Positions 46,786-55,138 of a stretch of 63,720 nucleotides of DNA are shown in pieces. The notes under the pieces are model-generated. The model searched no databases and had not been told where the DNA came from. It was given only the letters and a program-made list of their open reading frames with translations. The DNA is taken from IMG/VR virus record IMGVR_UViG_3300025132_000035, positions 1 through 63,720 of that record; one strand, given 5' to 3'. The first letter of the stretch is position 1; every line of letters begins with the position of its first letter. The translations under genes were made by a program, and so were the position numbers. Source of the stretch: a virus (lineage: Duplodnaviria > Caudoviricetes).

Positions 46786-47868
46786 CTAAAATAAAGACAT
46801 TTGTTCTTTGCTTTTGGTATCTAGGGTCAAACCCCAATTCTCTAAATCTTGTTTCCATTCTGAGTTAATTTCACCAATATATTCATGAGTATAACAGATT
46901 CTTTTTGTATCAACTCTCCAATGATCAAAACCAGATTTTTTTGATAGACGTCTTGGTTTTAAGTTATGGACTGTTGGTCTCCATAAAGGACTTTTCTCTC
47001 TGTACTCTCCTAACAAAACATTAGAGGTTTTAGTAAACATTCTTTTCCCATTTTGTACATAAAGTTGGCTGATATAATGTGATAGTCTGGTACCAATTCC
47101 TAATCCTTGATATTTAGGTACTGTTACTAATCTATGTGACCTAAAAGCATTTTTAAGACTTCCTGATGGCAATGTCTGAATGGCTTGAAACCCAGCTGGT
47201 TTGCCATCAACATAGGCTTCATAACAACGTGAACTTATGTTTAAATTACCTGTTAAATAATGATGCTTTTTATAATACTCCCATCTTTGATAAGGAACTC
47301 TTTTAATATCAAATTGATAAGATAAATCTAAAGTTTGTTTTTTAAAAGAAGCAGTTTCAACATTATATATCCAGTCTGCTTTTAACCATTCTGTAATATC
47401 CTCGTGACCAGTAGCAACAACTATGTTTTTTCTTGTAATGCCTTTATTAATAGAACTACATATTGATTTCGCAGACTCTCTATCTAGGGTACTGGTAAAT
47501 TCATCTACCAAATAAATTGGCTTGTCTTTTGAAAACGTTAACGCTAGTTTAGCCCTGTATTGTTCTCCCATAGATAAAGTGTCTATTGATCTTATCCATG
47601 TGGGAACGCTGTTTAGCCCAACACTTTTAAAGTAATGAATTGCTTCCTCAGAATCAGAAAAACTTTCGCAAATAGGGTTATTGTCATATGAGTCAAGGTC
47701 TAAAACATCCCCTAAAGATTTTAATATAGTTGTTTTACCACTACCACTTGCACCAATAATGATCCCAACACCAAAGTCTTTTGGAAAAGTTGGAATAAAT
47801 ATTTTTTCCAAATAGTGATCAGATTCTGCCAAATCAAATTTTACTTTTATATCATCTACTATATTCAA
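46786..47868 (-). CDS. ABC-type ATPase fused to a Mom-like GNAT acyltransferase
   Basis: GASGSGKT; LSMGEQYR; VDEFTS.LDR; ATGHED; then KHHYL...RLVTVPKYQGLGIG. Confidence 0.85.
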   Translation of the reverse strand: MNIVDDIKVKFDLAESDHYLEKIFIPTFPKDFGVGIIIGASGSGKTTILKSLGDVLDLDSYDNNPICESFSDSEEAIHYFKSVGLNSVPTWIRSIDTLSMGEQYRAKLALTFSKDKPIYLVDEFTSTLDRESAKSICSSINKGITRKNIVVATGHEDITEWLKADWIYNVETASFKKQTLDLSYQFDIKRVPYQRWEYYKKHHYLTGNLNISSRCYEAYVDGKPAGFQAIQTLPSGSLKNAFRSHRLVTVPKYQGLGIGTRLSHYISQLYVQNGKRMFTKTSNVLLGEYREKSPLWRPTVHNLKPRRLSKKSGFDHWRVDTKRICYTHEYIGEINSEWKQDLENWGLTLDTKSKEQMSLF

Positions 47869-48082
47869 TCTATTACCCCTATTAAAACAAAAGGAACCAT
47901 CATATCAGACTGTAATAAGCCCTTAATGTACAATGGTTCCAGTTGCCATACCAAAGGAGAGAGAGTTTTTTTTGTAGCGTTGTTATTTATCTCTTTTTTC
48001 AATAAGTGCCAGACATAACATATCTGGACTTTAATAAAATAAATGTTCTCTCTCGTGCTATGGTATTACTATATCACAATAA

Positions 48083-48571
48083 TTATGAATAAACAACAGC
48101 AGAATAATCGTAATTTATACTTTGTTGGTTTATTGATAATATTTCAGCACCTAATCTTGTGTGAAACTTGTGAGCCATATCTGTTTTTGGACTCATTGTC
48201 ATAAACTTAGTAACTTCGAAATAGTTTGATTGGATGTAGTCTACTGTACTAAATAACATACGTTTGCCATAACCAGCTTTGTTTGCCCAGATCGTATAAA
48301 ATACAGCTATTGAATCTTTATCATCTGGAGAACAATTGTAGTCACGTAAATCATGTACAGTGGTTGGAATTTCTTTGCAGTAAGCAACACATACTGTTGC
48401 TAAAACCTGATCATCTTTGATAAGGGAATAAACTTCTCTGTCATCGGAAGTTCTAAATAGAGCATCAAGTTCTGGTCTAATGGGGTCATCGTGAATTCTT
48501 TGAAGGGCTAAGTGGTGGTTTCTTTCTAATAAATCCTCAGTCATGTTTCTATCTCCTGTTTTCTTTACCAC
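48083..48571 (-). CDS. GNAT-fold hypothetical protein
   Basis: DDPIRP...AVFYTIW...GYGKRM...TMSPKTDMA.KFH..LGA; likely start ATG 48544. Confidence 0.6.
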   Translation of the reverse strand: MVKKTGDRNMTEDLLERNHHLALQRIHDDPIRPELDALFRTSDDREVYSLIKDDQVLATVCVAYCKEIPTTVHDLRDYNCSPDDKDSIAVFYTIWANKAGYGKRMLFSTVDYIQSNYFEVTKFMTMSPKTDMAHKFHTRLGAEILSINQQSINYDYSAVVYS

Positions 48572-48585
48572 GTTCTTAGTTCACG

Positions 48586-48789
48586 TTATTCTTCCCTTTT
48601 TTTGCCTGATCGATCAAACTGGTATTGTTTCAAATCCCAACAATCAAGGCATAACCCATTTCCTAAGATTTGTGGTTCAATGTTGCCACATCTTTTATAT
48701 TTAGCACAGATTCCATAAGATTCAGTAGGTAGCTGAACTGGGTTAAACATATAAGCATAAACAGGTTTACCCTTACGAGCAGACATCAA
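48586..48789 (-). CDS. Small zinc-finger protein
   Basis: C....RC...GLCLDCWD. Confidence 0.65.
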   Translation of the reverse strand: MMSARKGKPVYAYMFNPVQLPTESYGICAKYKRCGNIEPQILGNGLCLDCWDLKQYQFDRSGKKREE

Positions 48790-48974
48790 ATTTTTAATAT
48801 TTCTAACTCATCTCTCCAGATTTCTGCATTTCTTGATTTCTGGGTTCTCAGTTCAACTCGACCCTTAAAATCAAATCTCATATTTTGTATGAGCCTTGTT
48901 ACTTTCTTTGCATCTTCTGAATCGCTAAGTTCTACTCTTATGTAATCTTTAAAAACTTCTTTTCTTAATCCCAA
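48786..48974 (-). CDS. Hypothetical protein
   Basis: AAGGAG RBS with TTG start. Confidence 0.65.
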   Translation of the reverse strand: MGLRKEVFKDYIRVELSDSEDAKKVTRLIQNMRFDFKGRVELRTQKSRNAEIWRDELEILKI

Positions 48975-49128
48975 ACTAAAATCTCCTTTTCTTTTGTAGG
49001 GAGATCGTAGGCTTTTAATCTCCCTCGATATGGATTATGACCACTTTACACCCTTTACTCTGCTACGCTATGGGTACCATGTAGTCAGAATAAATCTACC
49101 ATCCGACCAAGTAAAGTACCATATACTT

Positions 49129-49137
49129 TATTATACT
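49129..49137 (-). promoter_or_regulatory. Putative late promoter AGTATAATA
   Basis: Intergenic; followed by a ~150-nt hairpin-rich leader. Confidence 0.5.
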
Positions 49138-49157
49138 TATAATACTAAGTTTTTATT

Positions 49158-49454
49158 TTATGTCAAATTTTCATCATCAGTAAATGCTTTTAAAAATACG
49201 TCAGGAATCTTGGTTGGTTCCTCTATTTCTTCAGGTTTTTTGCCTGTCATTTTTTGCCACATTGAATTGTATTGTGCTTGATGCAAAACATCACCATTAA
49301 TTGTTGTTTCAAAACGTTTCGCAATAGTTGATAACAACTCAAACATTTTTTCATCTTCAGGTAAACCCTGTTCAACAGTAATAGTAATATGTGGTAATTT
49401 GTGTTTCTTTAACGTTGTTAAAATGTATTCTCTAAAGGCATCATTAAATTTCAT
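49158..49454 (-). CDS. Hypothetical protein
   Basis: ATGA overlap with nadA. Confidence 0.75.
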   Translation of the reverse strand: MKFNDAFREYILTTLKKHKLPHITITVEQGLPEDEKMFELLSTIAKRFETTINGDVLHQAQYNSMWQKMTGKKPEEIEEPTKIPDVFLKAFTDDENLT

Positions 49455-50647
49455 AGTACTAGCATCCTATTCAAAGCACGTTTAGCGTAATATTTAGTTT
49501 CTTCATCAACCTCTATTATATTAACAGGTTTTTTGTCATCATACATTATACTTTCTAAAACCCACAATAAATAAGCTGGATGAATCCTATACATTGTGGC
49601 ACATGGACACACCATAGAATCAAGACAAAATATTGTTTTGTCTGGGTTGGTTTTAGCTAATCTATTAACAAGATTTATTTCTGTCCCAATTGCCCAAATA
49701 GATTTTGGTTTAGAGTTATTAACCATGTTTATTATTGCCTCAGTTGAGCCAGTTCTGTCAGCTTTCATGACAACATCATTAGTACATTCAGGATGAACAA
49801 CAACTTTCACATTAGGATACTTTTGACGTGCCATTTCTATTTGTTTTGTTGTAAATCTAGTGTGAACCGAACAATGCCCTTGCCAAAGAATTACTGTGGC
49901 TTTTGTTAATTCTTCTAGTGTATGCCCACCTAAAGGTTTGTTAGGGTTCCAAACAATTATCTGGTCATCTGGAATATCCCATTTTTTAGCAACATTTCTC
50001 CCTAAGTGTTGATCTGGTAAAAAGAATATTTTGTTTCCTTTATCCATTGCCCATTTAAATGCTTTAGTTGCATTAGAACTTGTGCAAATAATCCCCTTGT
50101 TTCTACCACATAGTGCTTTGATCTCAGCAGTAGAGTTCATATATGCTACTGGAATAACATCAACCCAAGAACCAACATTGGCTAAAATATCTAACCAAGC
50201 ATCTTGAACTTTCTCAGTTGGAGCCATATCAGCCATTGAACAACCAGCTGCTAAATTAGGCAATATAACTTTTTGCCAATCATCACTAACCACATCAGCT
50301 GTTTCTGCCATAAACCTTACACCACAAAAAACGATCCATTTAGATTTTTGTATTGCTGAGTATTGAGAGAGTTTAAACGAATCCCCTGTTACATCTGCAA
50401 ATTGGATTACTTCCTCTCTTTGGTAATGATGCCCAAGAATAGTTACTGCTGTTGAAAGTTTTGCTTTTGCACTAAATATTCGTTCTTTTATTACTTGGGG
50501 ATCAAGACGTAAATATGCTTGTGGAACTTCTTGCCAGTTCACATTTATTTCAAGTTCTTCTATTAGTGGTTTTGTTACCAACTGAGATTCTTCTTGGCAG
50601 AATGCTGCCTGTTCTAACTCTGTAACAGGTATTCGAGTTACCATCAA
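49451..50647 (-). CDS. nadA: Quinolinate synthase A (4Fe-4S)
   Basis: GHHYQR; GDSF.LS; FCGV.FMAETA; AGCSMADM; YMNS; CTSSNA; PDQHLGRN; G.CSVH; HPEC; GST; GTE; CPCATM. Confidence 0.95.
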   Translation of the reverse strand: MMVTRIPVTELEQAAFCQEESQLVTKPLIEELEINVNWQEVPQAYLRLDPQVIKERIFSAKAKLSTAVTILGHHYQREEVIQFADVTGDSFKLSQYSAIQKSKWIVFCGVRFMAETADVVSDDWQKVILPNLAAGCSMADMAPTEKVQDAWLDILANVGSWVDVIPVAYMNSTAEIKALCGRNKGIICTSSNATKAFKWAMDKGNKIFFLPDQHLGRNVAKKWDIPDDQIIVWNPNKPLGGHTLEELTKATVILWQGHCSVHTRFTTKQIEMARQKYPNVKVVVHPECTNDVVMKADRTGSTEAIINMVNNSKPKSIWAIGTEINLVNRLAKTNPDKTIFCLDSMVCPCATMYRIHPAYLLWVLESIMYDDKKPVNIIEVDEETKYYAKRALNRMLVL

Positions 50648-50826
50648 TAATCCTTTAGTGATTTCGAAAGTTTGTTAGTGAAGTGTGCCTGTGTTAATGA
50701 TGCTGCTGTTTGAACCCTAAGATCGGTACCATACACATCAATGCCTTTTTCTGAAACTACCTGAGACACAACATCGTAATAATGTTTAAACGTTTCTTTA
50801 ACTTCATCGTATTCTTCAGTAACCAT
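50644..50826 (-). CDS. Hypothetical protein
   Basis: GGAAGGAGAG RBS before MVTEEY (the ORF track extends to 50889). Confidence 0.7.
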   Translation of the reverse strand: MVTEEYDEVKETFKHYYDVVSQVVSEKGIDVYGTDLRVQTAASLTQAHFTNKLSKSLKDY

Positions 50827-50847
50827 AATTCTCTCCTTCCCTAACAA

Positions 50848-50968
50848 TATTATACTGAGTTTAAGTATAATATTATAAAGGGGTATCATAATGCAATACT
50901 TCTTTTCTTTTATTTTAATTTTCTTTTTTTACACCAAGAATAGATATTTAGAATAAAAGAGTATAATA
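50848..50968. promoter_or_regulatory. Divergent late-type promoters (AGTATAATA at 50848-50856 minus; 50864-50872 and 50960-50968 plus)
   Basis: Three motif copies at the strand switch. Confidence 0.55.
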
Positions 50969-50977
50969 ATAGTGGAG

Positions 50978-51018
50978 TTACAATATATATATATATTATA
51001 AATATATATATATTGTAA
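50978..51018. repeat. AT-rich inverted repeat with 17-bp arms
   Basis: ttacaatatatatatat-N7-atatatatatattgtaa. Confidence 0.8.
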
Positions 51019-51045
51019 AATTAAAAAACCAAAGGAGATACGCTA

Positions 51046-52395
51046 ATGAAAAAAATCGGAAGTTTTTTTAAACGACTGCTACCGAAACCCCACTTTCGTT
51101 TACCAACTATACAACTACCAAAGGTTCGTTTTACGATCAAGGTTCCCCAAACAAACATACCTTTTAGAAAAATAGGTCTTGTTTTTAGAGACTTAATTTC
51201 TACTGTATTGATTGTTTCTGGTGGTATTGGTTTGTTAGTTTCTTATATTAACCCATTACCATTCATAAATAAGTATTACATTACTAGTGAGTTGGTTAAT
51301 CAACAGGTTGTTTTGCTATATAAAAACCTTGAGGTTGCTATAGGCGTATCAATTGCTTTAGTTCTTGTTGGACTTTTGATGCACGTCACTAATTTTAAAA
51401 CGTGGGCAAAAAATATAAAAGCTACTCCAAGAGCAATATTAAATTCTCCTATAGCTTTTTATAACAAACTAAAGAAATTTAGAGATTGGTTATTAGCTAA
51501 AATTGAACATCTTAACGAGGAAAGTGCTAAGTGGCGTAAAGCATTTACAGTAATGAGATCACCATACTCTTTACTTAGATCACTTGGTTTTTCTCCTCAA
51601 ATGGCACTAGGTCTTTTGGTAACTACCTCAACAGTTGGTACTGGTGTGGTAGTTAATGAGACAGTACTGGCTGAGAAATCCTTTGCTGCTGGTGATTCTG
51701 GTATCTACGCTGCGTCAGTTATTGGTGGTGGTGCTGACCTAGACATACCTACTACGTACTCTGATGAATACAACACGTTACGAGTTGATCTAGGAGCAAC
51801 CCCAGTTAAAGAAATTACTATATCTGATATCAGCGTAGGAACAGCTTTTACAAATAGTGCGCTACCGAATGGTCAGACAACTGCTTTACAAATATCAGGA
51901 AACCCAAATGCAGAAAACTTTAATCCAACCCGTTTAGAAATAGGAGAGTTCATTTTCGAAAAAAATCGTTGCAAAACCCTAACTTTAAGTGATATAAATG
52001 CCCACACATTAATCGTAGAAGGCAATGCGTCTGATGGTCAAAGTCTAGCCCCTAGTCCCGGTTCTGCACGAATGAGAACTGTGCTTGGTGGTCATTTCAC
52101 AGCAGATAAAATGGAAACAAAAGGTGGACTATATGACCGAGTTTGGATTCAAGCCCCTACTAGTGGCGTTAATGGACAAATCGGAAAACTTACTGTATCG
52201 AACATTGTGACAAAAGGTGGTTCATGCGTTTTAAGTAAAATTGATGTTGGGACTATGACAGTACGTTTAAACACAACCGGGAATGGCGATGGGTTCGCCA
52301 CTAAAGATTTCCAGATAGAAACTAGCGTTGAAGTAGCCAATTTACAAATGAATGACAACGTAGAAGTAAGTATTTCTGAACCAGCTACACAATAA
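51046..52395 (+). CDS. Membrane protein with about 3 TM segments and a large beta-rich C-terminal domain
   Basis: AAGGAG RBS; hydrophobic segments then a Thr/Gly/Ser-rich domain. Confidence 0.75.
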   Translation: MKKIGSFFKRLLPKPHFRLPTIQLPKVRFTIKVPQTNIPFRKIGLVFRDLISTVLIVSGGIGLLVSYINPLPFINKYYITSELVNQQVVLLYKNLEVAIGVSIALVLVGLLMHVTNFKTWAKNIKATPRAILNSPIAFYNKLKKFRDWLLAKIEHLNEESAKWRKAFTVMRSPYSLLRSLGFSPQMALGLLVTTSTVGTGVVVNETVLAEKSFAAGDSGIYAASVIGGGADLDIPTTYSDEYNTLRVDLGATPVKEITISDISVGTAFTNSALPNGQTTALQISGNPNAENFNPTRLEIGEFIFEKNRCKTLTLSDINAHTLIVEGNASDGQSLAPSPGSARMRTVLGGHFTADKMETKGGLYDRVWIQAPTSGVNGQIGKLTVSNIVTKGGSCVLSKIDVGTMTVRLNTTGNGDGFATKDFQIETSVEVANLQMNDNVEVSISEPATQ

Positions 52396-52405
52396 CAGGA
52401 TAAAT

Positions 52406-52729
52406 ATGGAAATAGATTACGCCATAGGCATATTTAAAAATATTATAGAAAAAAGAGTAACACGATCTGGGGAAACTTTTAGGGCATACAATACTCCTAA
52501 AAGAACCCCAAATCATCCTACTAAAAGCCATGCTGTTTTAGCGAAAGTAAAAGACAAAATCAAATTAATTCGGTTTGGTCAGCAAGGTGTTAAAGGCGAA
52601 GGCGATCCAGCTAAGTCTGACACTAAAGCTGAAAAAGCCAGACGTAAAGCATTTAAAGCTAGACACAAAGAAAATATTAAACGTGGCAAAATGTCAGCTG
52701 CATACTGGGCTAACAAAGTTAAATGGTAA
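52406..52729 (+). CDS. Highly basic conserved viral protein (DUF5754-like)
   Basis: KLIRFGQQG...RRKAFKARH...SAAYWA..VKW. Confidence 0.7.
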   Translation: MEIDYAIGIFKNIIEKRVTRSGETFRAYNTPKRTPNHPTKSHAVLAKVKDKIKLIRFGQQGVKGEGDPAKSDTKAEKARRKAFKARHKENIKRGKMSAAYWANKVKW

Positions 52730-52730
52730 T

Positions 52731-52838
52731 ATGAAAAAATCATGGGTTCGTTGTAAATGTGGAGTAAAGCTACACGCTAAATCTGGTGTGAGGCAATGTT
52801 ATAAATGCAAACAAAAGGAAATGAAAAGAAATGTATGA
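52731..52838 (+). CDS. Tiny zinc-ribbon protein
   Basis: MKKSWVRCKCG...QCYKC fills the gap between neighbours. Confidence 0.5.
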   Translation: MKKSWVRCKCGVKLHAKSGVRQCYKCKQKEMKRNV

Positions 52839-53253
52839 GTATAATGCTATTGTAACAAGAGTAGTTGATGGTGACACAATTGATGTAAATATCCAGTTGG
52901 GTTTTAATGTTATGCTGTTTAAACAACGTGTTAGACTATATGGAATTGATACCCCTGAGTCCAGAACTAGGGATAAAGAAGAAAAAGTTCGTGGGTTACT
53001 TTCAAAAGCATATGTACAAGAAAAATGCCCAATAAATAGTACAATTAGATTAAAGAGTTATGATCGTGGTAAGTTTGGGAGAATATTAGGCGATATATAT
53101 GAACTTGATTCCGACATAAGTATTAATCAAAGAATGATAGAAGAAGGATATGCAGTCCCTTATACTGGTGGCAACAAAGAAGAATTGATAAAATTACATG
53201 AAGCAAACAAACAAAAATTAATACAAAAAGGCGTTTTACCAAATGAAAATTAA
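52831..53253 (+). CDS. Thermonuclease (SNase-like)
   Basis: RVVDGDTIDV...RVRLYGIDTPE...GKFGRILG...GYA. Confidence 0.9.
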   Translation: MYEYNAIVTRVVDGDTIDVNIQLGFNVMLFKQRVRLYGIDTPESRTRDKEEKVRGLLSKAYVQEKCPINSTIRLKSYDRGKFGRILGDIYELDSDISINQRMIEEGYAVPYTGGNKEELIKLHEANKQKLIQKGVLPNEN

Positions 53254-53437
53254 AAAAATAGACCCAATAGTACCCTTAAGTGCATTAGCTGGTTGGCTAT
53301 TAGCTGGTAGAAACAAAGAAGACTTGTCTACTGAAGATCGAAAAGAATTTGAAAGACAAGTGAAAGAGTCTTTAAAAAGAAACAAGAAAAAGGCACTTGG
53401 AAAGTTACTTAAATACACAATGACCGAAAGGAAGTAA
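53243..53437 (+). CDS. Hypothetical protein
   Basis: Coupled ORF. Confidence 0.6.
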   Translation: MKIKKIDPIVPLSALAGWLLAGRNKEDLSTEDRKEFERQVKESLKRNKKKALGKLLKYTMTERK

Positions 53438-53438
53438 A

Positions 53439-53831
53439 ATGGCAGAAGAAAAGAAAAAAACTACAACAAAGAAAATTGAAAAAGAAGAAACCCCTATTGT
53501 TGAAAAAGAAATAAAAATATGTGATTTACTAGCACCTATTTTTATGACCATCAACTCTGACGAAACTAGACAACACGTTGGAGATATGATGTTTAAGGCA
53601 TCAACAAAAGAATTAGAAGTAATCCCACTTGTCGCAAATGTTGCAGCAGAATTAGAAAATGCTGTATTAGGTGATGCATCAATTAGAGACGAAAAAACAG
53701 GTGCAATAACTATGGTATCAAGAGAAGAAGAACCAGAGCAATGGATAAGAAACCTTGTAAACTCTTTAGAGTTTTCTGGAAATCCATTCATAGCAGACCC
53801 TGTTATTGAAATATGTGATAATGAAGTTTAG
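53439..53831 (+). CDS. Hypothetical protein
   Basis: AAGGA RBS; 130 aa. Confidence 0.75.
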   Translation: MAEEKKKTTTKKIEKEETPIVEKEIKICDLLAPIFMTINSDETRQHVGDMMFKASTKELEVIPLVANVAAELENAVLGDASIRDEKTGAITMVSREEEPEQWIRNLVNSLEFSGNPFIADPVIEICDNEV

Positions 53832-54825
53832 TGAATACGTAAACAAAAAAAGAATACCAACCCAAAGAAAAACAACACAGTTTGTTTTAGGTAACACACT
53901 AGCTGAGTCAAAATTACAAAATGAGGTTTCAGATTTAAACTCTGAAATTACACGACTCCGATCTGTTCAACAAGATCGTGATGATGCTGTTAGTAAGTTA
54001 ACACACGAAAAAACCAAGTTTAAAGAAGCGTCAATAATCTTCGATAAAACCAAAGAAGAAAACTTTTTGTTACATAAAAACATCGAGTTTTTAAACAAAC
54101 AAATCAAAGAACTAGAAAAAACTAAGGTTTTATATAAAGAAACTAGTTCTAAATTTGGTGATCTAAACAATAAATTTACGCTTTTACAATCTCAAATGTC
54201 TAAAAAGATAAACGACTATGTTTTGTTACAAAAACAAACAGAAGGGTTAAAGTCCGAAAACAAACAATTGGTTGCAGAATCCACACAAGCAGTAGCTAAT
54301 AGTGTGTCTGCTGAAGAAGAAAGAAAACAAGTTCTTAATAAAAACCAAGAATTAAAAAGTTTTGCTGACGAAACTAGTAAAATAAATATAAGACTAAAAG
54401 AAGATAACAAAACTTTACGAGATGAAAACAACTATCATCGCAAGGAATCAGAAGAAAGAGCAATAGCTTTAGATGAATCTAAACAATTAGAAGCAAAGTT
54501 AAGAGAATGGGTAACTGCATTAGAAACAACACAATCTAGCACAAGTAGTAAAAATGTTGGATTGAATAAAAAGATATCACTTTTGCAAGATACAACTAAA
54601 GATATGGGAAATACTATAGAGCAATTAATTAAAGAAATGGGTTTCCTTAGAGAATTAAATAAAAAATATCGTGTTGAGTTGGGAAAACCTAGATACATAT
54701 CAATGGCAACAATAGCGAAAAAAGAAAACTTTACAATGCCAACTGAGGTTGTATATAGAAGAAGTATTGGAAATGCAGCACAACCTTTAATTAAGTTTAA
54801 ACAGGGAGAAAAAGATGACAACTAG
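53821..54825 (+). CDS. Long coiled-coil protein
   Basis: Heptad-rich, about 334 aa. Confidence 0.75.
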   Translation: MKFSEYVNKKRIPTQRKTTQFVLGNTLAESKLQNEVSDLNSEITRLRSVQQDRDDAVSKLTHEKTKFKEASIIFDKTKEENFLLHKNIEFLNKQIKELEKTKVLYKETSSKFGDLNNKFTLLQSQMSKKINDYVLLQKQTEGLKSENKQLVAESTQAVANSVSAEEERKQVLNKNQELKSFADETSKINIRLKEDNKTLRDENNYHRKESEERAIALDESKQLEAKLREWVTALETTQSSTSSKNVGLNKKISLLQDTTKDMGNTIEQLIKEMGFLRELNKKYRVELGKPRYISMATIAKKENFTMPTEVVYRRSIGNAAQPLIKFKQGEKDDN

Positions 54826-55138
54826 ACCATTTAGACAGGAAATAGAGTTATTACAAAATTACTCTAAAGTAAAAACTTTTACTATGACCACATCAGGGAG
54901 TTCAGCAGAAGATGCTGTAACTTTGGCTGGTGTTATGGAAGAAGCCAATAAGGTAAGTTTTGTTGTTGAGTTAGGCGATGCTTATATTGCTTTTGATGAA
55001 ACAGCAACAAGTTCGAGTATGTTAATTCCAGCTGGAGAAGGGTATTCAGATGAAGGTGTTTATTTTGGAACAAAAATATCAATAATACGATCTGGATCAA
55101 CCAATGCCAGAATTCGTGGCATCATATGGGGGAGATAA
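54815..55138 (+). CDS. Small virion beta-sandwich protein
   Basis: Resembles the C-terminus of the 30216 protein (Y..FD..ATSS...IWG). Confidence 0.6.
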   Translation: MTTRPFRQEIELLQNYSKVKTFTMTTSGSSAEDAVTLAGVMEEANKVSFVVELGDAYIAFDETATSSSMLIPAGEGYSDEGVYFGTKISIIRSGSTNARIRGIIWGR

